A stretch of DNA of 64,000 bases from NCBI GenBank assembly GCA_049522015.1, contig JBEKOG010000001.1:142659-206658 (forward strand), written 5' to 3'. The stretch's first letter is position 1; each line of letters begins with the position of its first letter. This DNA is from Verrucomicrobiota bacterium (GTDB taxonomy: Bacteria > Verrucomicrobiota > Verrucomicrobiia > Limisphaerales > UBA11358). Positions 1-14,070 of the stretch are shown here, in pieces. The notes beneath the pieces are model-generated. The model searched no databases and had not been told where the DNA came from. It saw only the letters and a list, made by a program, of their open reading frames with translations. The position numbers and the translations under genes are program-made.

Positions 1-13
1 TGGAATGACGGCT

Positions 14-220
14 GTAGCCGCGGACGTGTAGTCCGCGCTAAAATCATTCGCGCAGAAGGCTTCCGAACCGGGAAGTTGGCGCCGACTGACGTCGGCGGCT
101 ACGAAACCGAAAGTAGCCGCGGATGTGAATCCGCGCTGATCTTCTTCCCAACGATTCATTCAGCCATGGGAGTCGCTGATTTACGAAAAGTCAGCGCCGA
201 CTGACGTCGGCGGCTACGAA
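14..220. repeat. Two tandem copies of a ~100-nt composite unit built from two short hairpins (gtagccgcgga..tccgcgct and gcgccgactgacgtcggcggctacgaa)
   Basis: Direct reading: 14-39 matches 113-137, and 78-105 matches 192-220, nearly base for base. Each block is a 6-bp-stem hairpin (gcggac/gtccgc, gccgac/gtcggc). The second block ends in gctacgaa. Confidence 0.85.
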
Positions 221-313
221 TTTTACGGCAACCCGGCTATTTTGAGTGCGGTGGGTTGTCCAGATTGAATTTTTCGTGTCCTTTTGTGTCCATTCGTGGT
301 TAGCTTTCTGAAA

Positions 314-868
314 ATGAAACTGTCATTGCTTTCAATTTTACTCGGGGTCGGCGTGAGCGTGCCGCAGATTTACGGCCTCACCAGGCCGGCGCAGTTCGCC
401 GCCGCCGTGCGCAAGTTTCCGCGTTCATTGCCGATTGGCTGCATGTTGATGCTGTTGGCCACGGCGTGGTTTGTCTGGAACGTGAACATCGAACCGATCG
501 CGGATTTCTCGGCTTTTAAACCGTATATGATGGCCGGTTTTACGGCGGTGGGAATTTTGGCGTGCATTTTTGTGCAGGACTTTCTGGCCGTGCGCGGCTT
601 GGCCGTCGTGATGCTGTTGCTGGCGAAATTGATGGTGGATACCGGGCGTCCGCATCTGGGCGAATCGCCATTTGTGCTCGTGATTCAAATTTGGGCCTAC
701 CTGCTCGTCGTCGCGGGCGGTTGTTTTACCGTGTGGCCATGGAAACTGCGTGACATTTTAAATTGGGCGACGGCGACGGACGAACGCATCCGCATTGGCA
801 GCATCATCCGTCTGGCGTTCGCGGTATTCGTGCTGATTCTTGGTCTGACCGCCTTCCGCGCGATGTGA
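314..868 (+). CDS. Hypothetical multi-pass membrane protein
   Basis: ORF 284..868 has several long hydrophobic segments. ATG at 314 (MKLSLLSILLGVG) is the likelier start than the TTG at 284. Its TGA stop overlaps the GTG start of the next gene (GTGA at 865-868). Confidence 0.6.
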   Translation: MKLSLLSILLGVGVSVPQIYGLTRPAQFAAAVRKFPRSLPIGCMLMLLATAWFVWNVNIEPIADFSAFKPYMMAGFTAVGILACIFVQDFLAVRGLAVVMLLLAKLMVDTGRPHLGESPFVLVIQIWAYLLVVAGGCFTVWPWKLRDILNWATATDERIRIGSIIRLAFAVFVLILGLTAFRAM

Positions 869-1821
869 GCGCAATCAAACCCAGGATTCTGGTCATTCGC
901 GGCGGGGCCATCGGCGATTTTATTCTCACCCTGCCGGCCATTGCCGCCTTGCGGCGCCAGTTTCCCCAGGCGCACCTGGAGGTGCTCGGTTATCCGCACA
1001 TCGCCCAACTCGCGGTGGCGGGTGGTTTGGCGGACCGGGTGCAACCGATTGAAGCGCGCGGGTTGGCGGGCTTTTTCGCCCGCGGCGGCACGCTCGAACC
1101 GGATTTGATGGATTACTTCTCCGAGTTCGACGTGGTGATTTCGTATCTCTACGACCCGGACGAGATTTTCAAAAACAACATCTGCCGCTGCTTGGTTGGA
1201 CAATTCATCGTTGGTGCGCACCGGCCGGACGAAGCGGACCGAATTCACGCCACGCAGGTTTTTCTCAAGCCATTGGAACGACTCGCCATCTTCGACGCGG
1301 ACCCTGTGCCGCGTCTTTCCTTCAACCCTCAACCTCTTGGCGCAGCGAATCCCGCGCCTGCGGGAGAAGACGGCTCAACCCTCAACCAACTTGCCCTCCA
1401 TCCCGGCAGCGGCAGCGAAAAGAAAAACTGGCCGGAAGCCAAATGGGCCGGGTTGATTCAACAGGTCATGGCGACGACCAACTGGGATCTGCTGCTGGTT
1501 GGCGGTGAGGCGGAGGGCGAACGCTTGCGACGATTGGCTGCGTTGCTGCCGCCCGCACGTTGTGCCATCGCCCAAGGTCTGCCGCTTGCGGAACTGGCAC
1601 GACGAATCCAATCCTGCGCAGCTTTTGTGGGGCACGATTCGGGCATCACGCACCTGGCGGCGGCGGTGGGATTGCCGTGCGTTGTCCTGTGGGCGGACAC
1701 GCTGGAAGAGGTCTGGCGGCCGCAAGGCGAACAATTGGTCGTTTTGAAGGAAATCACCGGCGTGCGGGCCATCAGCGTGGAAAAAGTGATGAACGAATTG
1801 CGCAAGCTGGTTCGGGAATGA
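865..1821 (+). CDS. Glycosyltransferase family 9 (heptosyltransferase-like)
   Basis: N-terminus KPRILVIRGGAIGDFILTLPAIAALRRQFP and LHPGSGSEKKNWPEAKW are typical GT9 signatures. The GTG at 865 is in frame with track ORF 763..1821 and overlaps the upstream stop. Confidence 0.8.
   Translation: MSAIKPRILVIRGGAIGDFILTLPAIAALRRQFPQAHLEVLGYPHIAQLAVAGGLADRVQPIEARGLAGFFARGGTLEPDLMDYFSEFDVVISYLYDPDEIFKNNICRCLVGQFIVGAHRPDEADRIHATQVFLKPLERLAIFDADPVPRLSFNPQPLGAANPAPAGEDGSTLNQLALHPGSGSEKKNWPEAKWAGLIQQVMATTNWDLLLVGGEAEGERLRRLAALLPPARCAIAQGLPLAELARRIQSCAAFVGHDSGITHLAAAVGLPCVVLWADTLEEVWRPQGEQLVVLKEITGVRAISVEKVMNELRKLVRE
1323..1389 (+). repeat. In-frame repeat element inside the GT9 gene (ctcaacc direct termini around a GC-rich core)
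   Basis: caaccctcaacctcttggcgcagcga...gagaagacggctcaaccctcaaccaa. The same termini occur on the other strand inside the M14 peptidase gene at 21290-21384. Here it encodes FNPQPLGAANPAPAGEDGSTLNQ in the inter-domain linker. Confidence 0.7.
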
Positions 1822-2005
1822 TGGGCACAGTTGCCACTGTTCGGTGTCCCGCCTTTAGGCGATTTGCCATGGCTGTCCCGTAGGACGGAACGGTACCCTC
1901 AACCGCTCCCAATAAGGCTTCTCCGACTTGGGTTGACGAACATGGCTTTGTAGTTGACCTTTTTTGGCACAGCTTGTGCATTGTTGATGGATAAACTTTT
2001 ATAAA

Positions 2006-2857
2006 TTGGCCAAAACCATGAGCAACAATCCATCTACCAAGCTGGGGAAAAAGAAGATTGCCGGGAAACGGGTCGTGAACCATCGGCGGGTCGCCGTCAG
2101 CAGGGCGGTCAAAACATTCAACTCAAAGAGTCCGAAAGCCGGCCTCAAGGCCTTTTTCCATTCGCCATCCTGTCACGCTCTCAAGTTGCAAATCTGCGAC
2201 ATCGGCCGCCGCCTCTGGCAGCGAGCGTATGTGGACGGCAACGGCGGCAACATCGCCATCCGCGTTGGCAAGGACATCGCGCTTTGCACACCCACCCTCG
2301 TGAGCAAGGGGTTCATGAAACCCGAAGACCTGTGCCTGGTGGATTTCAAGGGCAACCAGCTTTTCGGCGCAAAACGACGCACCAGCGAAATTCTCATGCA
2401 CCTGCAGATCATGAAACGCCAGCCGCGCACGGTGGCCGTGGTGCATTGCCATCCGCCGCATGCCACGGGCTTTGCGGTGGCGGGGATTGTGCCGCCCACG
2501 TGCCTGATTCCGGAATTTGAAGTGTTCGTTTCCGCCGCCATCGCGCCGTATCGCACGCCCGGCACGCCGGAGTTGGGCCGGCAGATCGCCGGCCTGGTGG
2601 ACAAACACAACGTCATTCTCATGGCCAATCATGGCGTCGTTTCGTGGAGCCATAACAACGTGGAGGACGCCTACTTCAAGATGGAAATTCTCGAATCCTA
2701 CTGCCGCACCATCCTCGTCGCTTCGCAATTGGGCCGGACGCCAAACACCATTTCGCCCGCCCAACTGCAGGACCTGCTCAAGATCAAAAAAAGCCTCGGC
2801 ATCCCCGACCCGCGTTTCGGCCTCAAGGAAGGCGAACCCTGCGACAACGACGAATAG
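2006..2857 (+). CDS. Class II aldolase/adducin family protein with a Lys/Arg-rich N-terminal extension
   Basis: GNGGNIAIRVG, VVHCHPPHATGFAVAG and ILMANHGVVSW match the class II aldolase fold (fuculose-phosphate aldolase / MTRu-1-P dehydratase type). The only Met codons near the 5' end are at 2006 and 2018. Confidence 0.8.
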   Translation: MAKTMSNNPSTKLGKKKIAGKRVVNHRRVAVSRAVKTFNSKSPKAGLKAFFHSPSCHALKLQICDIGRRLWQRAYVDGNGGNIAIRVGKDIALCTPTLVSKGFMKPEDLCLVDFKGNQLFGAKRRTSEILMHLQIMKRQPRTVAVVHCHPPHATGFAVAGIVPPTCLIPEFEVFVSAAIAPYRTPGTPELGRQIAGLVDKHNVILMANHGVVSWSHNNVEDAYFKMEILESYCRTILVASQLGRTPNTISPAQLQDLLKIKKSLGIPDPRFGLKEGEPCDNDE

Positions 2858-2924
2858 CATCCGGGGTCACCTGCGCTGTGCCGCCCGGGGATGGAGCCGG
2901 CGCTCCCAGGGAGAGGAATTGGGG

Positions 2925-4019
2925 TTATGGAATCCAGCCTGCGACTTGCGCCAGTTTAACCATCAGGTAAGCCACGCCGCCGCTGGCCGGAATCGTCATT
3001 ATCCACGCCCAGAGGATGCGTTCGACCACGTCGAATCTGAGATAATTAAATCCTTTTGCGCAGCCGACCCCCATGATGGAGGTGGTGACAACGTGCGTGG
3101 TGGACACGGGCATTCCGAAACAGGCGGCGGTGACCAGCACCGTGGCGCTGGTGGTTTCGGCGGCGAAACCGTGAACGGGATGGAGACGGACCATTTTGTG
3201 TCCAATGGTTTTGATGATTCGCCAGCCACCCAAGGCGGTGCCGGCGCACATTGTCAGGGCGCAAAGCACTTTGATCCACGCGGCAATGGCCAGCGGCTGG
3301 TTCGCTTCCGGCGGCGCGGTGCGCAAAAACGACAGCCAGCCGGGAAGCTGATCGAACATGCCACTGCTGGTGCCGGTCAGCAACACCAGCGCGATGATGC
3401 CCATGGTTTTTTGTGCGTCATTCATGCCGTGGCTGATACCCATAAAACCCGAACTGCCAAGCTGAAGGATGCCGAAGGTTTTGTTAACCGCGGCTGGCCG
3501 CCAGTTGCGCAACAGGAAGTAAAGCGTTCCCATAACCAGGAAGCCAAAAACCAAACCGAAAACGGGAGATAAAATCATTGGAACAATAACTTTCCAAATC
3601 AGTCCTGTGCCCAACCACCAATGTTTTGAACTGGGGACGGACCAGACCAGGACATTCCAATTGTTGTGGGCGGCAGCCAGACACGCCCCACACAAACCGC
3701 CGATGAGCGCGTGCGACGAACTTGACGGCATCCCAAACCACCACGTCAACAGGTTCCAGAGAATGGCGGCAACCAGGGCGCAGATCAGGACCTCGGACGT
3801 GGCAACTTTTGGGTCAACGAGGCCGGAAGCAATCGTGGTGGCAACGGCACTGCCAATGAAGGCGCCACCCAGATTGGTGACCGCCGCCAGCATGACGGCC
3901 TGGCGCGGCGACAACACCTTGGTGGCGACGACGGTGGCGATGGAATTGGCCGTGTCGTGAAAGCCGTTGATGTAGGTGAACACCAGCGCCGCCAGGATGA
4001 CGAGAAGGATGAGGGTCAT
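2925..4019 (-). CDS. Inorganic phosphate transporter, PiT family
   Basis: NGFHDTANSIATVV near the N-terminus and a second GMNDAQKTMGII motif. Polytopic membrane protein of 364 aa. Confidence 0.9.
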   Translation of the reverse strand: MTLILLVILAALVFTYINGFHDTANSIATVVATKVLSPRQAVMLAAVTNLGGAFIGSAVATTIASGLVDPKVATSEVLICALVAAILWNLLTWWFGMPSSSSHALIGGLCGACLAAAHNNWNVLVWSVPSSKHWWLGTGLIWKVIVPMILSPVFGLVFGFLVMGTLYFLLRNWRPAAVNKTFGILQLGSSGFMGISHGMNDAQKTMGIIALVLLTGTSSGMFDQLPGWLSFLRTAPPEANQPLAIAAWIKVLCALTMCAGTALGGWRIIKTIGHKMVRLHPVHGFAAETTSATVLVTAACFGMPVSTTHVVTTSIMGVGCAKGFNYLRFDVVERILWAWIMTIPASGGVAYLMVKLAQVAGWIP

Positions 4020-4028
4020 CGTGCGCGG

Positions 4029-4658
4029 TCAGGAATTTTTGAGCACGATGTGCATGACCACGTTGCCGGCGTCGCGGCAGCGGTCAATGACCTTTTCCAT
4101 CAATTCAAAAAGGTCGCGGATGACCATGGTTTTCGTGGCCTCGTAGCGTCCGCTGTAAAGGTCTTTCAGCAAAACCCCCATCAACCGGTCTGCCTCATTT
4201 TCGAGATACTGGAGCTTGGTGTTCAACTCGTGAATTTTTTCCAGATGCCGCATGTCACGAAGCTGCTTGACCATGGTCAGCACCACGTCGGTGGCTTGTT
4301 CCATGATTTCAATCTGGCGGGTAAAATCCATGTCTTCAAGGTGTTGATGGCCGAGGTTGATGCGCTCCGCCAGTTTCTCGACCGTCTTGGGAATTTTGCG
4401 AAGTGCCAGCGACAGTGCCTCAATGTCCTCGCGTTCGAGACCGGTCACAAATGTTTTCACCAGTTCCGCGGTGATCTGCTCCGCAATCTTTTTCTCCTTG
4501 CGGCGCGCGAGTGTAAGATCGTCCAGACCTTTGGCGGACGCGGGGGATTTGATCAACTCGATGACCAGCCGGACGCTTTCGTGGGCTTCGCTGGCGGCGT
4601 CTTCCAGCAGTTGATAAAACCGGTCACCTTTTCCGAAGAGCAATTGCAGTGAAAACAT
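4029..4658 (-). CDS. DUF47 / PhoU-like phosphate transport regulator (usual partner of PiT)
   Basis: 209-aa all-helical protein. It lies 9 nt upstream of the PiT gene on the same strand, the conserved DUF47-PiT pairing. Confidence 0.85.
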   Translation of the reverse strand: MFSLQLLFGKGDRFYQLLEDAASEAHESVRLVIELIKSPASAKGLDDLTLARRKEKKIAEQITAELVKTFVTGLEREDIEALSLALRKIPKTVEKLAERINLGHQHLEDMDFTRQIEIMEQATDVVLTMVKQLRDMRHLEKIHELNTKLQYLENEADRLMGVLLKDLYSGRYEATKTMVIRDLFELMEKVIDRCRDAGNVVMHIVLKNS

Positions 4659-4752
4659 GGTTGGAACAGGGTCTGGAAAACGCGCGAAAAGTCCATCAAA
4701 TTCTGGTACGGAGACTGATTAACTGATTACGAGCGATTTTGGTATGAGTTCT

Positions 4753-4859
4753 GGGAGCGCCGGCCTGTCGCGCCGAAGCTTCAGAGCGAAGGCTGACGTC
4801 TCGCCGGCTCCGCTACGACAACAGACTTATCCGCTCGCCGGCGGGACGCCAGCGCTCCC
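4753..4859. repeat. REP-like element with inverted termini gggagcgc / gcgctccc
   Basis: gggagcgccggcctgtcgcgccgaagcttcagagcgaaggctgacgtctcgccggctccgctacgac...gccagcgctccc. It contains the gctacga tail seen in other hairpin repeats of the window. Confidence 0.45.
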
Positions 4860-4934
4860 AAGGGGAAAATGGCGGTCGTGCCCGGCTAAAATTGAGTCGC
4901 TGAAAATCCGCCGGCGGTGTAAATTCCGCACTGT

Positions 4935-5630
4935 ATGGCGATGGCGGACATCAGACGGGAATACTCGCTCGGCGGCTTGAATCGCGCGGACTTGGACGCG
5001 AATCCGCTCGCGCAGTTCAATCGGTGGTTTGCGCAGGCGGCATCGGGCAGTCGCTGGCGGAAAATCGGTATTGCGCTCTACAAACTCTGGCACGCCATTC
5101 CCGGCCACGTGCCGATTGACGTGAATACCATGGTGCTCGCCACGGTGGACAAGGCCGGCCGGCCTTCAACCCGCGCGGTGTTGCTCAAGGGTGTGGACGA
5201 ACGCGGCTTCATTTTTTATACGAACTACAACAGCCGCAAGGGCCGTGAACTGGCGGAAAATCCCGGCGCCGCGCTGACTTTTTATTGGCCGGATTTGGAA
5301 CGGGAGGTCTGTGTTGCGGGCACGGTGAGCAAATTGTCACCTGATGAATCGGAGGCGTATTTCAAAAGCCGTCCGCATGGCAGCCGCCTTGCCGCATGGG
5401 CATCGAATCAAAGCAACGTGGTCGCCGACCGCGCGGCGCTGGAAAAAAAATGGGACGAAATGGCGGCGAAATTTCCCGGCGACGTGCCGCTGCCGCCGAA
5501 CTGGGGTGGTTATGTTTTAAAGCCGGAGCGGATTGAATTCTGGCAGGGCCGGCTGAACCGGCTGCATGACCGTTTTTGTTACACCCGGCAGGCCGACAAT
5601 TCGTGGAAGCTGGAACGGCTCGCGCCGTGA
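4935..5630 (+). CDS. pdxH: Pyridoxamine 5'-phosphate oxidase
   Basis: LATVDKAGRPSTRAVLLKG, FYTNYNSRKG and C-terminal IEFWQGRLNRLHDRFCY are classic PdxH signatures. Confidence 0.9.
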   Translation: MAMADIRREYSLGGLNRADLDANPLAQFNRWFAQAASGSRWRKIGIALYKLWHAIPGHVPIDVNTMVLATVDKAGRPSTRAVLLKGVDERGFIFYTNYNSRKGRELAENPGAALTFYWPDLEREVCVAGTVSKLSPDESEAYFKSRPHGSRLAAWASNQSNVVADRAALEKKWDEMAAKFPGDVPLPPNWGGYVLKPERIEFWQGRLNRLHDRFCYTRQADNSWKLERLAP

Positions 5631-5650
5631 ACCGGGAAGCGGGCGACCGG

Positions 5651-6982
5651 TCATTGCTTTGGACCGGCAGGCGGATTCTCTTTGCTGCCCGGGTTGGGAA
5701 TCATGGTGGTATCCGCCTCCACCATTTCTTCCAACGTGATAATATTCATGCCCGACGTGGAATGCGCAGCCTTGGGTTTGGTTGGTTCGTCCGGGATTGG
5801 TTTGGGCGGCGGTTCTTTCGACTCGGGTGTGGGCACGGGCCCGGCGGTTGGCGGCGGCTGGGTGGGCGGCCTTTTTTTTGTGATCAGAATGGTGTCGCCG
5901 TCGTCGGCTGAATAATTTTCCTCGGCCCGCACACGGGCGGTTTCCGCGAGCAGGGCTTCCCACTGGCGTTGCACGGTGCGCGCGGGCGGCGCCCGGAATG
6001 GTACCAGGCGAAATTCACCGTCGGTCAAAGACAGCAATTGGTGGAAGGCCTTTTCTCCGACCAGCTTTCCGGTCGAGGCATGAACAATGGCGCCACCTTC
6101 AATGTAAATCTCGCCGGCGGTTTGCTGGTTCCGGACTTCAAGGAGCGAGGAGTTGCCGCCCACGCATTCCAGTTGGATGACATTGTACAATCCATTCTCG
6201 CTCAAGGTGCTGACAAAATCGTCGCTGTCCTCCCACCGCAGGAGGCTGGTCAGCAGATTGAAAATGAGCCTCCACCCGTCCTCGTCGCCCGGTTTTAAGA
6301 GGAAAAGTTCCGCTCCGTTGGCCAGGCAGGCGGCGCGGTGGCGGTCATCGCTTTCGCCGGTCAGAACAACTTTTTTGATGTTGGGATATCGCTGGTGGAT
6401 GAGGCCAAGCAACTGGATGCCGTCCAGCAGCGGCATGCCAATGTCCAGCACGACCAGGTCAATCAGCTTTTGTTGCAGGATGGCCAGCGCCTTGTCCGGG
6501 GAGGCGGCCGTATGGATTTCCCAGGTTATATCCTTCCGGGTACCAAACAAATCGGTGACCATTTCGAGGAAGGCCATGCTGTCATCCACGAAAAGCACGC
6601 GATATTGTTTCGGGGTGCCGCCCGCGACTTCAGGTTTTTTTACCGGGGCCGGCGCGGCCGCTGGGGACGCCGCGGAGGGGGCTGGCGCGGTGATTTCGAG
6701 ACGCAATTCCACCTCGCCCAGGCGCAAGGTTTGCCCGGGCTGCAGGACGGCCTCGGTAATGGTCTGGCCTTCGATGAACGTGCCATTGGTTGAGCGCAGG
6801 TCGCGAACGACGAGTTCGTTGCCGCGCAGCAACACTTCGCAATGCTGGCTGGAAACCGATGTTTCAACGATTTGAAACGCATTCTTATCACCGCGCCCAA
6901 TCGTGACCCAGCGCGTCCCCAGTTCATATGACGATCCGGTCAATCCGGGATTGATGGCAACGAGCCTGGACATACGAAACAA
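5651..6982 (-). CDS. FHA domain - response-regulator receiver - DUF4388 (PATAN-like) protein
   Basis: N-terminal FHA (TIGRGDKNAFQI...SSQHCEV...RDLRSTNGTFIEG). REC domain (VLFVDDS, VVLDIGMPLLDG, VLTG, LLKP). C-terminal segment LYNVIQLECVGGNSSLLEV...GEIYIEGGAIVHA...GEKAFHQLL is typical of DUF4388. Confidence 0.8.
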   Translation of the reverse strand: MFRMSRLVAINPGLTGSSYELGTRWVTIGRGDKNAFQIVETSVSSQHCEVLLRGNELVVRDLRSTNGTFIEGQTITEAVLQPGQTLRLGEVELRLEITAPAPSAASPAAAPAPVKKPEVAGGTPKQYRVLFVDDSMAFLEMVTDLFGTRKDITWEIHTAASPDKALAILQQKLIDLVVLDIGMPLLDGIQLLGLIHQRYPNIKKVVLTGESDDRHRAACLANGAELFLLKPGDEDGWRLIFNLLTSLLRWEDSDDFVSTLSENGLYNVIQLECVGGNSSLLEVRNQQTAGEIYIEGGAIVHASTGKLVGEKAFHQLLSLTDGEFRLVPFRAPPARTVQRQWEALLAETARVRAEENYSADDGDTILITKKRPPTQPPPTAGPVPTPESKEPPPKPIPDEPTKPKAAHSTSGMNIITLEEMVEADTTMIPNPGSKENPPAGPKQ

Positions 6983-7099
6983 ATATTTTTCGGACGCGGT
7001 TTTATAAAAAAAGTTTTAGTCAAAGAAAAAGTTGGTCTTAACCAATCCTTTGTCAAATCAATTCCTGATGATGGATCCGCCGGCGTTGTGAAATCGGCG

Positions 7100-7936
7100 T
7101 TAAAACTTGTAAGCCAGGCCGCTGATGAGCCTCACGTCGTTGTCCTTGCGGCCGGGTGCGGGCTGGTTGATGAAGTTGTCCTGCAAGGTGACCCGGAGGC
7201 TTAATGTTTTGGTGAGCGAAGCTTCAGCTCCAACTTCAGCGTTGACCAGAAAGTTTGCCAATTTGTTTATCTAGGGCAGGAACTCGGCCTTTTCCCAGAA
7301 CCGCGCGCCGTCGTTCAGTTTATGTTCAAACCGTTCCGCCAGACGCAGGGTCGCGTAAGTGGTATCCACGCCGCCGAGGCGTTGGGTTATCAGACCGGGA
7401 CCGAATTCGCCAGCAAAGGTCGTGTTCGTGGTCTTGACAAAATAATAACCGGCACCGGGGCTGAATGTGAAACGATATTGCAGATCGGCGATGCCATCGT
7501 GCAGACCCTCAAAATTAAAGAAGCCGTAAAAGCGTTCGCCGAACAGGTGGTTGTATTGGCTGACTCCGTGCAGCGTTTCATTGTTTTTGACGGAATCACT
7601 TTCACCATACGCGCCATCCATACCGAACATGAACTCGTTGGCCGGTGTTTTCATGCGGGTTTTAAAAGCAGCGGTGGTCAACAGCGTGTCGCTGTTTCCC
7701 TTGGTGAGCGAAAGCCCCGCCGAGACGCTGCTTTCCCAGGCCGGTTTGTTGGTTGAGACAATGGCGGTTTGCGGGGTGCCACCGGGGTTGCCAACCTTGG
7801 CCAGAACGGCCATGGCGTTGCTGCTTTCCGAAACCGCCTTGTTGGTTGAGACCACGGCGGTTTGATTGGTGTCGGCTGCGTGACCGGACACGGCCAGAAC
7901 TGTCAGAACAAATATGGCGAAAATGCGTCTTTTCAT
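7100..7936 (-). pseudogene. DUF481 (YdiY-like) outer-membrane beta-barrel gene interrupted by one in-frame TAG at 7271-7273
   Basis: Signal peptide MKRRIFAIFVLTVLAVSGHA starts at 7936. The track ORF stops at the TAG (7271-7273). The same frame then continues for 56 codons (INKLANFLVNAEVGAEASLTKTLSLRVTLQDNFINQPAPGRKDNDVRLISGLAYKF) to the TAA at 7100-7102, ending in a typical OMP terminal aromatic residue. Confidence 0.65.
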
Positions 7937-8012
7937 GAATCTTTTACGCCAACAATCAGACTTGGGGAACCTGATGCGGCAGATTACCTGGCTGGCGGGG
8001 GATGTTTGAAAA

Positions 8013-10676
<2,664 letters not shown>

Positions 10677-10684
10677 AATTAAAA

Positions 10685-11134
10685 TCAGTTGGCAGCGGTT
10701 AAGTCCTCCAGTTTCGCCGGGACCAGCGCAATGGCAAATTGTTCACAGGCGGCGCGAATTCGTCTGTCAGTTGCCGACATCATGCCGCTGTGGTGCAAAT
10801 CACAGGTGGCGACGTGCAGGGCGTCCAATGTTCGTAACGGAATGTGCGGATGACACGCTTGTTGTATCGCACTCGCACGCTCAAGCACGGCGCGAGTCAG
10901 AGGAAACAAACTAAGAGACTCTTTCTCGATCATCGCAACAAATTTCTCGGCAGCGGTCGCGCGTTCGGGTGGCGTGATATATCCGCGCTGCTCTTTGGAA
11001 AGCAGCGCGGAACGAACTTCGGTCAGGGCGAGTTCCGAGGTCACAAATTTATGGCCAACCAGATTGCGCCCGAACCATTCGCTGTCCGCTTCACGCACAA
11101 GCAGTTTCACGATAATCGCCGAATCGAGATACAT
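10685..11134 (-). CDS. vapC: PIN-domain toxin, VapC family
   Basis: Starts MYLDSAIIVKLL at the ATG at 11134, in frame within ORF 10685..11200. Conserved acidic positions are present (D4, E in SELALTEV, D in LRTLDALHVA). It lies 7 nt downstream of the antitoxin stop. Confidence 0.8.
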   Translation of the reverse strand: MYLDSAIIVKLLVREADSEWFGRNLVGHKFVTSELALTEVRSALLSKEQRGYITPPERATAAEKFVAMIEKESLSLFPLTRAVLERASAIQQACHPHIPLRTLDALHVATCDLHHSGMMSATDRRIRAACEQFAIALVPAKLEDLTAAN

Positions 11135-11141
11135 TACATTG

Positions 11142-11468
11142 TTACCAGCCACGCGAGTCCCGGTCTTCGCGAATAATTTCTTCTGCCGAAGGACCGCCAT
11201 GAATTGGTTGTTTCAGGAGGTAATCCCCCATGCCTTGGAAGACCTTTCCGGGTTCATCCATCTCCACCTTCACCAGCTTGGCTTTAGGCTTGCCGTCACT
11301 GGTGATGGTGATTTCCTGTCCGGCGGCCACCAATTCCAGCAGTGCTGACAGGTGCGTCTTGGCCGCGCGGACGCTGATGACTTCACCAATGCCCGGTGCG
11401 ATGGTGACTTCTTTGAGCACGGCCGGTTGCGGCTTATGCACTGGGTATTTGAGCGTTTTTGCTTTCAT
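11142..11468 (-). CDS. Phd/YefM-type antitoxin
   Basis: VISVRAAKTHLSALLELVAAGQEITITSDGKPKAKLV is the canonical Phd/YefM N-terminal fold pattern. Small gene immediately upstream of the PIN toxin. Confidence 0.75.
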   Translation of the reverse strand: MKAKTLKYPVHKPQPAVLKEVTIAPGIGEVISVRAAKTHLSALLELVAAGQEITITSDGKPKAKLVKVEMDEPGKVFQGMGDYLLKQPIHGGPSAEEIIREDRDSRGW

Positions 11469-11514
11469 TCATCCAATGTAGTCACACGTGACTACATTTG
11501 CAAGCCTTTTCTTT

Positions 11515-14070
<2,556 letters not shown>

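Noticed and set aside
10685-11468. The idea that the TA pair between gyrB and gyrA is a gyrase-targeting toxin system.
   Set aside because: The toxin has a PIN (VapC RNase) signature, not a CcdB or ParE fold, so the adjacency is best explained by insertion.
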